A stretch of 64,000 nt of DNA from Dehalococcoidia bacterium (GTDB taxonomy: Bacteria > Chloroflexota > Dehalococcoidia > GIF9 > UBA5629). The notes below the pieces were generated by a model. It was given only the letters and a program-made list of their open reading frames with translations, was not told the DNA's origin and ran no database searches. The stretch spans positions 128,001 to 192,000 of the forward strand of contig JBEKIW010000002.1 of the NCBI GenBank assembly GCA_050011565.1, written 5' to 3'. Below are positions 29,781-38,038 of this stretch, one piece after another (within the stretch, counting starts at the first letter, position 1; the number at the start of each line of letters is the position of its first letter). Position numbers and translations under genes: made by a program.

Positions 29781-29814
29781 AAGGCGTCGAAACGACAACT
29801 TCCAAAAACGTATA

Positions 29815-29871
29815 CTGCACACCGGCAAGAATTAGCTCATGACCCGGCACCAGAACATCTTGCCGGTGCAG
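29815..29871. terminator. Long inverted repeat between convergent genes
   Basis: CTGC(AC)ACCGGCAAGA ... TCTTGCCGGTGCAG; no clear U-tract. Confidence 0.45.
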
Positions 29872-29932
29872 CCGGAAGATTATTTCGTAGGGTCTGCTTG
29901 TCTTTCCGAGTCAAAACAGACTTTTATAGCCG

Positions 29933-30157
29933 TTATTTCCACGCGCCCATGCCGGGCCACAGGAAACGATGCGGCGCCAGACCAAGAGCGGCCACGAGAC
30001 ACCAGATAATCACGCCGATAAAGGCAGCCAGCACTGACCATTTCCCCACCATCGCCAGTTCTTCCTCTCTGCCGGAAAAGACCCAGAACGTAATAAAGCC
30101 GATTGGTGGGAAGAAGAAAGACGCAATGTATACTAAATACTGAACCCAACCTAACAT
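29933..30157 (-). CDS. Small membrane protein
   Basis: AAGGAGGT RBS; SFFFPPIG plus a second TM. Confidence 0.75.
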   Translation of the reverse strand: MLGWVQYLVYIASFFFPPIGFITFWVFSGREEELAMVGKWSVLAAFIGVIIWCLVAALGLAPHRFLWPGMGAWK

Positions 30158-30437
30158 GATGAACCTCCTTATGTGTTTGTAAAAAATTATATACAGTCCT
30201 TCATTAAAAAGTTATAAATTAAGCCTGAAGAACCTTGAAAAACTATTACATTTTGAAATGTCTTTATTCCGGCGGACAATTACGAAAATCCATGAAGTAG
30301 CCCTAAGACATCAACCCACCCACACCCATGTCTTTTATGGTGGGCCAGTGTGGACAGTTCCCGAATTAGTATTTGAGAAGAAGCAATTCATTCCAGTTTT
30401 GCAGCAACTGCTTTAACCCCATAAAAAGCCACTAGAC

Positions 30438-31115
30438 TCAGATAACACCTGTCTTTTTTAGATAGCGAAGTAAGGATTTGCTTTGTCTTGCCCTTTGTTC
30501 CATTTGCTCTCTTAGTACAAATCCCTGATTCTGCGTAGCGTAATTCCTATGTAGGACATCAATGATTTTTTCATAGATTTGTGTCAACTTGTTTAATTGT
30601 TGCTTATTTACTGCATGTCCCCGACCAGCAAAGGAAAAAAGTTCGCCCGCAAAATTACCCCAATCCCTTATAGGGGCTATGGGCTCACCACGCTTCTTAT
30701 TTATTGCTCTCTCGTCAATATGTTCAAGGGCATCTCGTAAATCTATGTCCTCACCAAATATCTCCGTGAATTTAGTGTGTATGTTTTTAAGATCAGAGCT
30801 TGGTAGCTCCTTACATAAACGCTTTAGAAGTTTATTGATTTGACCGATACAATCAAAATAGAAATGATAATCACAATAGAGTCTTAACAAGCTGAAGTCC
30901 CGACTCCGGGTTCTGGAAGCATATGCGGCAATTTTTACAGAGCTCATTTCCTCGCGAAGATTCTTGTCTATATTTTTACGGGTTCTTTGGATTCTTGCAG
31001 TTTGCATGATTGCCCCATTTATATAGTGCTCTAAATGATAGAGAATCAAAGAGGCACTTCGGTTATTGGGAGCACTATCGATATGTCCCCAATACTTCCA
31101 AGCTAACTTATACAT
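30438..31115 (-). CDS. Hypothetical protein with a HEPN-like Rx4H motif
   Basis: Helical-looking 225 aa; DLRDALEH. Confidence 0.55.
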   Translation of the reverse strand: MYKLAWKYWGHIDSAPNNRSASLILYHLEHYINGAIMQTARIQRTRKNIDKNLREEMSSVKIAAYASRTRSRDFSLLRLYCDYHFYFDCIGQINKLLKRLCKELPSSDLKNIHTKFTEIFGEDIDLRDALEHIDERAINKKRGEPIAPIRDWGNFAGELFSFAGRGHAVNKQQLNKLTQIYEKIIDVLHRNYATQNQGFVLREQMEQRARQSKSLLRYLKKTGVI

Positions 31116-31393
31116 ATAAAACCTCCCTTAACTTCAATTATAGTTGGCGAATCAGCGGGTAAACAAGTTGGTGAAATGTTTTCTGCGGAGTAATACGTAA
31201 AAGTTTGATTGGGGCAATCTTGTGTAGGGAGAGGAGGCGTGGCTGGATTGTATTATAAAAGAGAATCCTGTGGCGATGTGAAGCTTATAAACATTAGTAA
31301 CTTCTTTTTGGACAACTCATAGGCGTATAATGGTGTTAGTTGAGAGACTCTTAAATGGTATGGGGATAATTTGATTTATGAGGTGGTACAAGG

Positions 31394-32347
31394 ATGAAAG
31401 AGAAGAAGTGCTTCGTCATTATGCCGTTTTCTAAGACTGAGTCGTGTAGTCAGCAAACATGGACAAAGACATATGAAGAGATGATTAAGCCAGCCATTAC
31501 TGGAAGCAAACTAGGTTTTACTTGTGAGAGAGCTAAGCCAAGAACTGGGAGTCTAATAAGAGACATCTTGACCAAGTTGAATGTTGCTGATGTTGTGATA
31601 GCCGACCTCACTGATAGGAATCCCAACGTCTTTTATGAATTGGGTGTCAGGCATACACTGAGAAACCGTACTATTCTTATTGCCCAGGATTTTGAACATG
31701 TCCCATCCGACCTGCAACCATATGGAGTAATTGTGTATGGGAGAGGACAAACTGGACGTGATGACTTCAAAAATAAAATAAGGGGAATACTACGGGAGAT
31801 GATTGAAGCTCCTGACAAACCAGATAGTCCTGTAGCTGATTTCTTAACGGAGACCAATCGGGCACTACTCTCACAAGAGAAATCGGCCAACCTTAGGAAG
31901 TTAACGGCATTTCTTTCTGAATTATCGTATAACGCAGACACAGCCGATAATATCCTCGTCTTGGCAAAGCAAAGCTTAGAGCGAAAGCAGAAGAATAGGC
32001 TAGGCGTAGTAGCACAGATCCGGTTTGACGATACATGCTTGAAACTGCTTATCTCCACACAGTATATTGGAGTCCCAAATGGCATGCAGAGGTCCCTAAT
32101 GAATCTCAGCCGTTCAATCAACATATACAACTGTTGGCTTGGGAACTGGTCTACGGCCACTAACTTGCAAAGTACGGAAAATACGTTGAGCGAATATCTG
32201 CCCAAATTCAAAAAGCATCTGCTGGGATTACTGAAGCAGTTTAGTAAAATCAGGGTTGACTACTTAAAAGATAATTACCAAGAACAGTATGCCCCCGCTG
32301 TTATATTAATGAGCAAGGAGCATGAAGCCTATGTTGAGTCAACCTAG
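31394..32347 (+). CDS. Nucleoside-2-deoxyribosyltransferase/TIR-like N-terminal domain plus unknown helical C-terminus
   Basis: CFVIMPF...ADVVIADLTDRNPNVFYELG.RH...VPSDL; GAGGTG RBS. Confidence 0.75.
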   Translation: MKEKKCFVIMPFSKTESCSQQTWTKTYEEMIKPAITGSKLGFTCERAKPRTGSLIRDILTKLNVADVVIADLTDRNPNVFYELGVRHTLRNRTILIAQDFEHVPSDLQPYGVIVYGRGQTGRDDFKNKIRGILREMIEAPDKPDSPVADFLTETNRALLSQEKSANLRKLTAFLSELSYNADTADNILVLAKQSLERKQKNRLGVVAQIRFDDTCLKLLISTQYIGVPNGMQRSLMNLSRSINIYNCWLGNWSTATNLQSTENTLSEYLPKFKKHLLGLLKQFSKIRVDYLKDNYQEQYAPAVILMSKEHEAYVEST

Positions 32348-32390
32348 TATTTCCAAGATTAGGTCACTTGACGGTGGTTTAAGTTCACGG

Positions 32391-32463
32391 TGGGCGATAG
32401 TGGATTTGAACCACTGACCCCCTGCGTGTAAAGCAGGTGCTCTAACCGCTGAGCTAATCGCCC
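32391..32463 (-). tRNA. tRNA-Val(TAC); followed by CCG rather than CCA
   Basis: GGGCGATTAGCTCAGCGGTTAGAGCA CCTGC TT-TAC-AC GCAGG ... GGTTCAAATCC. Confidence 0.96.
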
Positions 32464-32467
32464 AAAA

Positions 32468-32543
32468 TGGTACGCCTGGTGAGATTTGAACCCACGACCT
32501 CAGCCTCCGCAGGGCTGCGCTCTATCCGCTGAGCTACAGGCGC
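32468..32543 (-). tRNA. tRNA-Arg(GCG)
   Basis: GCGCCTGTAGCTCAGCGGATAGAGCG CAGCC CT-GCG-GA GGCTG ... GGTTCAAATC...ACCA. Confidence 0.94.
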
Positions 32544-32546
32544 ATG

Positions 32547-32629
32547 TGCCGAAGGTGGGATTTGAACCCACATATCCTTTCGGATACTACGTCCTGAACG
32601 TAGCGCGTCTGCCATTCCGCCACTTCGGC
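32547..32629 (-). tRNA. tRNA-Leu(CAG)
   Basis: GCCGAAGTGGCGGAATGGCAGACGCG CTACG TT-CAG-GA CGTAG, long variable arm ATCCGAAAGGAT. Confidence 0.96.
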
Positions 32630-32630
32630 G

Positions 32631-32703
32631 TGGGCAGTACTGGATTTGAACCAGTGACCTCTTGCGTGTGAAGCAAGCGCTCTAACCGCTGAGCTAACCG
32701 CCC
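32631..32703 (-). tRNA. tRNA-Val(CAC)
   Basis: GGGCGGTTAGCTCAGCGGTTAGAGCG CTTGC TT-CAC-AC GCAAG ... GGTTCAAATCC. Confidence 0.96.
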
Positions 32704-32715
32704 CGAAACCGTTCT

Positions 32716-32744
32716 ATTTTAGCCACAAAAAGGAGCTTTGTAAA
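32716..32744 (-). promoter_or_regulatory. Sigma70 promoter of the tRNA operon
   Basis: Minus strand TTTACA-N17-TAAAAT, 12 nt before tRNA-Val(CAC). Confidence 0.7.
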
Positions 32745-32773
32745 CATACGCCTTTGAAGGGGGTACCTTGAGC

Positions 32774-32974
32774 GGAGATTCTTCGCTACGCTCAGAATGA
32801 CAGTTAGGAGCGCACCCCTACGAGATTGCCACGCTTTACTCGAAATGACAGGGAAATAGCGCGGGCATTCTTCGACAGGCTCAGAATGAGCGGGAGAGAG
32901 ATCAGAATGAGTGGTAGAGGGGCTCACCTCTCCGAGATTGCCACGTCCTTCAGAGGAAGGACTCGCAATGACAG
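32774..32974. repeat. Cluster of REP-like half-elements
   Basis: Repeated (GAGATT)...CTC(A/G)(G/C/A)AATGA(C) units in one orientation; last unit matches 24674-24711. Confidence 0.75.
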
Positions 32975-32988
32975 AAAAAAAGAAGGGC

Positions 32989-33804
32989 TTATTCTTTCTT
33001 GTCCGGCAGGCGGCGGACGCTATTGGATTTGCACTTGGGGCAGACGCGCTCTTCGAGCCCTTTCTTGGCATCTGTAGTCATCTTATATTTGAAGCCGCAA
33101 TTGAGACACTTGAGTTGTTCTTCCATGTTAATCACACCTTGGCTGCATCGCTGAGTTCGTCCTCGACTTCCGGTTCTTCTTCTCCCCCACAGCCAGCTAC
33201 CCAGCCAGAAAAGGGCCATTACGATTACCAGGGCGATTATGAAAAGTGCTGGAGATGGGGCGATACCGGCAAACGTGAAACCGGTCCTTACCGCCAGTCC
33301 GGCGGCTATCTCTGCGCCATCCGTAATCACGGACGAAATCACGACGCCCAGGCAGAAATAGAGATATCTAATCTGGAAAAGCCCGGCAGCGACAGTCGAC
33401 GGCGTTAGCAGCCCGGGCGTCAATCTGGCCATAGTCACAGCCATCGGGGAACGTTTTTTCATGCTGGTGCCCAGGTCCTGGGCCCGGCGCAGTATATTTG
33501 GAAATCTTCTGCCCAACCACCGAACAAATCTGGGGCTCAATAAACGAGCAACCCAATAGATGATTGACCCGCCGAAGATTTTCCCCGCGATGAGCGCCAG
33601 CATAACCAGCGGTGCCAAATGCAGAAGTCGGCCCGTAGGCTCATATCCGACGTAAAAAAGGACAGTATCCTGAACAAACGGGACAGGTATGGCCATTTCG
33701 ATAACTGTGGAGATGAGAAACAAGGCGCCGAAGACCGACGGGTCACCTTGCTGAAGCCACTGTGTCAGAGTCGAGGCAATCCCCTGAAACCATTCAAACA
33801 TCAA
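32989..33804 (-). CDS. DedA/VTT-family membrane protein fused in frame to a CxxC..CxxC zinc-ribbon peptide
   Basis: E..IPVP, GGSIIYW..R, ARLTPGL; last 45 aa duplicate ORF 33879-34016. Confidence 0.8.
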   Translation of the reverse strand: MMFEWFQGIASTLTQWLQQGDPSVFGALFLISTVIEMAIPVPFVQDTVLFYVGYEPTGRLLHLAPLVMLALIAGKIFGGSIIYWVARLLSPRFVRWLGRRFPNILRRAQDLGTSMKKRSPMAVTMARLTPGLLTPSTVAAGLFQIRYLYFCLGVVISSVITDGAEIAAGLAVRTGFTFAGIAPSPALFIIALVIVMALFWLGSWLWGRRRTGSRGRTQRCSQGVINMEEQLKCLNCGFKYKMTTDAKKGLEERVCPKCKSNSVRRLPDKKE

Positions 33805-34060
33805 TATGCTGCCCGGTTATTCGACACTTGACGTGGGTAATTCGGAATGGTGCTTTCTCCGCTACCCGAGGGAGCGAACTATTCTTTCTTGTCCGGCAGG
33901 CGGCGGACGCTATTGGATTTGCACTTGGGGCAGACACGCTCTTGAAGCCCTTTCTTGGCGTCTGTTGTTATCTTATATTCGAAGCCGCAGTGGAGACACT
34001 TGAGTTGTTCTTCCATATCAATCACACCTTAGCCACGTCGCTCAGCTCGTCCTCGACCTC
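32991..34060. repeat. Diverged ~180-bp direct repeat (32991-33170 and 33881-34060)
   Basis: Colinear at 890-bp offset, first 55 bp identical, scattered substitutions afterwards. Confidence 0.93.
33879..34016 (-). CDS. 45-aa zinc-ribbon protein (below ORF-track cutoff)
   Basis: MEEQLKCLHCGFEYKITTDAKKGLQERVCPKCKSNSVRRLPDKKE; AAGGTG RBS; second copy conserves all four Cys. Confidence 0.78.
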   Translation of the reverse strand: MEEQLKCLHCGFEYKITTDAKKGLQERVCPKCKSNSVRRLPDKKE

Positions 34061-36481
34061 TGTGTCTTCTTTCGCCTTACGCCTCTGCTCGGCGAGCATC
34101 TTCCGCCCATGCGCTATCTCCTCGGGCGTTACTTTCTGGCGCATCTCCTCGAGCTGACGCATTATCTGAGCAAACCGGGGACCTTCAGCGGCGCTTATCC
34201 ACTCCAGTTGCAGCCGTTCCGGTCGAATGCTCAGCTTTTCCAGCTTGTTCCAAAGCTTATCCGCCCGGCGCATCGTCCAGTGATTGGCGCTGATATAGTG
34301 GCAATCGCCTAAATGACAACCGGACAGCAGCACCAAAGGTGCGCCTTTCTCGAAAGCACGGAGGATAAAGCTCTCGTCGACACGCCCGCTGCACATGGTG
34401 CGGATGAAGCGGTTATTAGGCGGAAACTGCATTCTGGAGACACCAGCCAGGTCGCTGGCGGCATAGCTGCACCAGTTGCACAGAAAAGTAATAATTTTCT
34501 GCTCCGGGTCAGTTTCCAGAGCAGCATCGATTTGGGCCAGCACCTGGGCATCGCTGAAGTGCTGCATGGCTATGGCATCAAAGCGGCATTCGGCGGCACA
34601 GGCGCCGCAGCCGGCACAGGCAGCAGCTACGAGTTGCGCTCCTGACTTCGCCTTAACATCCACCTTCATGGCGCCGTAAGGGCAGACGCGGGCACAGACG
34701 CCGCAAGAGGTGCACTTTTCGAGGTCTATCATGGCCTTGATAGCCTCACCTTTGAGGACACCGGCATTAAGGAGAATTGAGCTGCGTGCTGCAGCGGCTC
34801 CGGCCTGGGTGACGCTGTCCTTTATATCCTTGGGCGCTTCCACGCAGCCGGCATAGAATATGCCGGGTGTCGGTGCGTCTACCGGTCTGAGCTTAGGATG
34901 AGCTTCCATCAAAAAGCCGTCGCTGGTCTGCGATAGGTTCAGCACATTGATTAATCTCTTCAGGTCGGCCTTGGGCTCGAGTCCCACCGATAGTATCACC
35001 ATATCCAGCTCATATTGCTCAACGCGCGAAGTCGTGGTATTTTCCACCTTAAGCAGCAGATTCTTAGTCACCGGGTCTTCCTTTATTTCGCCGGGGAAAC
35101 CGCGAATATAGCGGACACCGGCATCCCTAGAGCGGCGGAGTAAGTCCTCAAACCCCTTACCGAAGGCGCGGAGGTCCATATAAAAGACAAAAATTTCGGC
35201 GTCGGGGTCATGCTCCTTGATGAGCAAACTGTCCTTAACCGTATTCATACAGCAAACATTAGAGCAATAGGGATTGCCGCGGTTCTCCGTCCGCGAGCCG
35301 ACGCATTGTATGAAGCCGATACGCTTTGGGGTTTTGTGGTCGGAAGGTCGCACCAGGTGACCCTCGGTAGGTCCGCCACCGCATATTAACCTCTCGAATT
35401 CCATGCTGGTGATGACATTCTCAAAAAGAGTGTATCCGTACTCATCCAGCTGAGCTGGGTCATATACGTCCATTCCGGTGGCGACGATTATGGCGCCGAC
35501 CTCAATCTCCATTATCTTGTCCTGCGCGTGTAAATCAATGCACTTTTTCTCGCAGGCATCCATGCATTTAACGCAGGCAACTGGTCTATTCCCCAGACAG
35601 TGTTCCATGTCGACGAGGAAGGCCGAGGGTACTGCCTGCGGGAAAGGTATATAGGCTGCCTTGCGCGATGAAAAGCCCTGCTGAAACTCGTCGGGCAGCA
35701 CCACCGGGCAAGCCTCGGCGCATTTGCCGCAGAGGTTGCACAGTGTCTCATCCACATAACGGGCTTTCCGGCGGATGCGGACTTTAAAATTACCAACGTA
35801 GCCGGACACCGCTTCCACGGTGCTGTAGGCCAGAAGTTGTATTTTGGGATGGCGCCCCACATCCATCATCTTCGGCCCCAGCACACAGATAGAGCAGTCC
35901 ATGGTGGGGAAGGTCTTGTCCAGCTCGGCCATGATGCCGCCGATTGACGGCTTTTCCTCAACCAGGTATACCTGGTGCCCGGCATCAGCCAGGTCGAGTG
36001 CTGCCTGAATACCGGCGACGCCGCCGCCGATAACCAGTGCAGCATCGGTCACCGGAATCTCCATCTCCTGCTGCGGCTGAAGCAGGCGGGCTCGCGCCAC
36101 CGCCATCTTCACGATATCCCTGGCTTTTTTAGTCGCCGACTCGCGGTCATACAGATGCACCCAGCTGCAGTGCTCTCTTATGTTAGTCATTTCCAGCAAA
36201 TAAGGATTCAGTCCGGCGTCAGCGATGCACTTTCTGAAGGTGGACTCATGAAGCCGCGGCGTGCAGGAAGCTACGACGATGCGGTTGAGCTTGTGTTCCT
36301 TGATGTGCCTTTTGATTTCAGCCTGGCCGGGGTCGGCGCAGGTGTAGCGGTTTCTCACCGAAACGACCACACCGGGAAGCTTTTCAGCCGAGCGCCGTAC
36401 TTCCTCGGTATCTACAGACCCGGCAATGTTCAGTCCGCAATCACAAACAAAGACGCCTATTCTCAGCTCATCTTCAGCCAA
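34022..36481 (-). CDS. hdrA: Heterodisulfide reductase A-like flavoprotein fused to MvhD
   Basis: CDCGLNIA, ASCTPRLHE, NIREHCSWVH, GGGVAG, LDKTFPT.DC..C, CSNVCC; C-terminal CNWCSY/MCSGR/GCH.GDCHY. Confidence 0.93.
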   Translation of the reverse strand: MAEDELRIGVFVCDCGLNIAGSVDTEEVRRSAEKLPGVVVSVRNRYTCADPGQAEIKRHIKEHKLNRIVVASCTPRLHESTFRKCIADAGLNPYLLEMTNIREHCSWVHLYDRESATKKARDIVKMAVARARLLQPQQEMEIPVTDAALVIGGGVAGIQAALDLADAGHQVYLVEEKPSIGGIMAELDKTFPTMDCSICVLGPKMMDVGRHPKIQLLAYSTVEAVSGYVGNFKVRIRRKARYVDETLCNLCGKCAEACPVVLPDEFQQGFSSRKAAYIPFPQAVPSAFLVDMEHCLGNRPVACVKCMDACEKKCIDLHAQDKIMEIEVGAIIVATGMDVYDPAQLDEYGYTLFENVITSMEFERLICGGGPTEGHLVRPSDHKTPKRIGFIQCVGSRTENRGNPYCSNVCCMNTVKDSLLIKEHDPDAEIFVFYMDLRAFGKGFEDLLRRSRDAGVRYIRGFPGEIKEDPVTKNLLLKVENTTTSRVEQYELDMVILSVGLEPKADLKRLINVLNLSQTSDGFLMEAHPKLRPVDAPTPGIFYAGCVEAPKDIKDSVTQAGAAAARSSILLNAGVLKGEAIKAMIDLEKCTSCGVCARVCPYGAMKVDVKAKSGAQLVAAACAGCGACAAECRFDAIAMQHFSDAQVLAQIDAALETDPEQKIITFLCNWCSYAASDLAGVSRMQFPPNNRFIRTMCSGRVDESFILRAFEKGAPLVLLSGCHLGDCHYISANHWTMRRADKLWNKLEKLSIRPERLQLEWISAAEGPRFAQIMRQLEEMRQKVTPEEIAHGRKMLAEQRRKAKEDTEVEDELSDVAKV

Positions 36482-37630
36482 TTAATCTGCCTCCTGGTCC
36501 AGCGACCGGGCTGCCAGACAAGCCAGGTCCTGAATATCAATTTTAGGCTTTTTCCCATTCCGGCTTTGCTGGGTGCACTTCAAATGAATCCGGCACTTAG
36601 GACAGGAGGTCACCATCACCTCAGCTCCGGTAGCCTCTGCCTGGGTAAGGCGCTCATCCTGTATCTGCCGGTTGGCCGCACCGCAGTGTACCCAGGAGCT
36701 GGCTCCACAGCACAGCGCCGTCTCCCGGTTCGGCTGCATTTCCACCAGTTCCAGGCCTTTTATCGCACCCAATATCCGGCGGGGTGATTCAAAAATTCTC
36801 AAGCCCCTGCCCAGTGTGCACGGGTCATGGTAAGTAGCCTTTTCCTTGAGCCTGCCAAGGTGCAGCTCGCCGCTGTCAAGTAAGGGAGCTACGGCTTCGG
36901 TCCAATATACTACCTCAGCGATTGTTTTACCCAGCATCCTGGGATAATCAACCTTCAATGCATAATAACATTCCGGGCAGCTGGCGATGATTTTCTTGAC
37001 GCCCAGGCGGTTGAACTCATTTACGTTGGCTTGCGCCAGAGCCATAAAGCCCTCTTTGTCGCCCTCAAGAAGCAGGTCACGTCCGCAGCAAAGCTCGTTA
37101 GCTAAAAGGTTAAAAGGTATTTCAGCGCGGTTCAGCAGCCTTAATGCCGCCTTCACACCTTCCAACGTGTTCACTTCCAAATCCCTGAACATGATGTCGA
37201 AATAGGGAGCGCAGCCTACAAAAAATATAGTATCGTGTTGAGTAGATAGCCTGATATCAGACGACAGCCAGCCCAGCCGCTGCTGTTTTACCTTTTCCCC
37301 GGCCATCAGATGCATCGATGCCTGCAATGCCCCGCCGTGGCTGCACTGTCCCTGAGTTCCTTTAACCAGTGCCTCCGTTCTCAATATGCGAATGAATTCG
37401 GGGAATTCTACACGGTAATTACACCGCTCCAGGCACATATAGCAATTAAGGCAGGACCAAATTGTCTCATCGTTAAAATTCCGATTCCTGTGTTCCATAT
37501 TTCTCTGGACTATAAGCCGGGGATTAAACTCGGGGTTGTACCGGGCAATAGGGCAGACCACAGTACACTTGCCGCAGTCAAGACAAAGATGTATACGGGT
37601 ATCTTTTATTTCCTGCTTATGTTTAGACAT
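36482..37630 (-). CDS. HdrD/GlpC-like Fe-S plus CCG-domain protein
   Basis: CLDCGKCTVVCP, CLNCYMCLERC, two CCG motifs, YHDPC.LGR. Confidence 0.88.
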   Translation of the reverse strand: MSKHKQEIKDTRIHLCLDCGKCTVVCPIARYNPEFNPRLIVQRNMEHRNRNFNDETIWSCLNCYMCLERCNYRVEFPEFIRILRTEALVKGTQGQCSHGGALQASMHLMAGEKVKQQRLGWLSSDIRLSTQHDTIFFVGCAPYFDIMFRDLEVNTLEGVKAALRLLNRAEIPFNLLANELCCGRDLLLEGDKEGFMALAQANVNEFNRLGVKKIIASCPECYYALKVDYPRMLGKTIAEVVYWTEAVAPLLDSGELHLGRLKEKATYHDPCTLGRGLRIFESPRRILGAIKGLELVEMQPNRETALCCGASSWVHCGAANRQIQDERLTQAEATGAEVMVTSCPKCRIHLKCTQQSRNGKKPKIDIQDLACLAARSLDQEAD

Positions 37631-37645
37631 GGTTCCTAAATTCCA

Positions 37646-38038
37646 CTATCCGGCCTGCTCTACTTCGGCAATGAAATTCTCGACCTGTTTCACAAAGCCT
37701 TTGCCGTCGCCTCGAGGCAACCAGGCTAGCCTGAGCCTGTCTGCCCCCAGACCCAGCAGTCCCAGTATACCTCGCGTCTTCTCGTACTCCTTAACGTTAA
37801 ACCTTTCATCCTTCTGGTAATAACAACTTTCCGACTCGCACCCCAGGAGCATCACACCGTCAGCTCCCAGCTCAAAAGCCTTCAGGATGAGACCCGAATG
37901 CACCCGGGAAAGGCAGCTCACCTTTACCACCTTTATCGAAGGCGGATAGCTAAGACGGCTTTGTGCCGCGGCTTCAACGCAGCTAAGACCGTCCCAGTTG
38001 CAGGCAAAAACTACGATATCAGCGTTATTCCGACTCAT
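37646..38038 (-). CDS. MvhD/FlpD-like [2Fe-2S] subunit (divergent)
   Basis: FACNWDG, SCLSRV, AFELGADGV...GC. Confidence 0.85.
   Translation of the reverse strand: MSRNNADIVVFACNWDGLSCVEAAAQSRLSYPPSIKVVKVSCLSRVHSGLILKAFELGADGVMLLGCESESCYYQKDERFNVKEYEKTRGILGLLGLGADRLRLAWLPRGDGKGFVKQVENFIAEVEQAG

Larger units (their letters stand above)
30338..32390. mobile_element. Integrase-less AT-rich islet at the 3' end of tRNA-Val(TAC)
   Basis: GGTGGGCCAGTGTGGA (30339) vs tRNA end GGTGGGCGATAGTGGA (32389), 13/16; two AT-rich cargo genes. Confidence 0.6.

Noticed and set aside
32774-32974. Possible CRISPR array
   Set aside because: Units vary in sequence and spacing, and no cas genes are present; fits REP-like elements
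32486-33077. ORFs 32486-32671, 32694-33071, 32826-33077 (and 24538-24817)
   Set aside because: Shadows of tRNA genes and palindromic repeats
34022-38038. Selenocysteine in HdrA/MvhD
   Set aside because: The usual positions are Cys or Asp codons in uninterrupted ORFs
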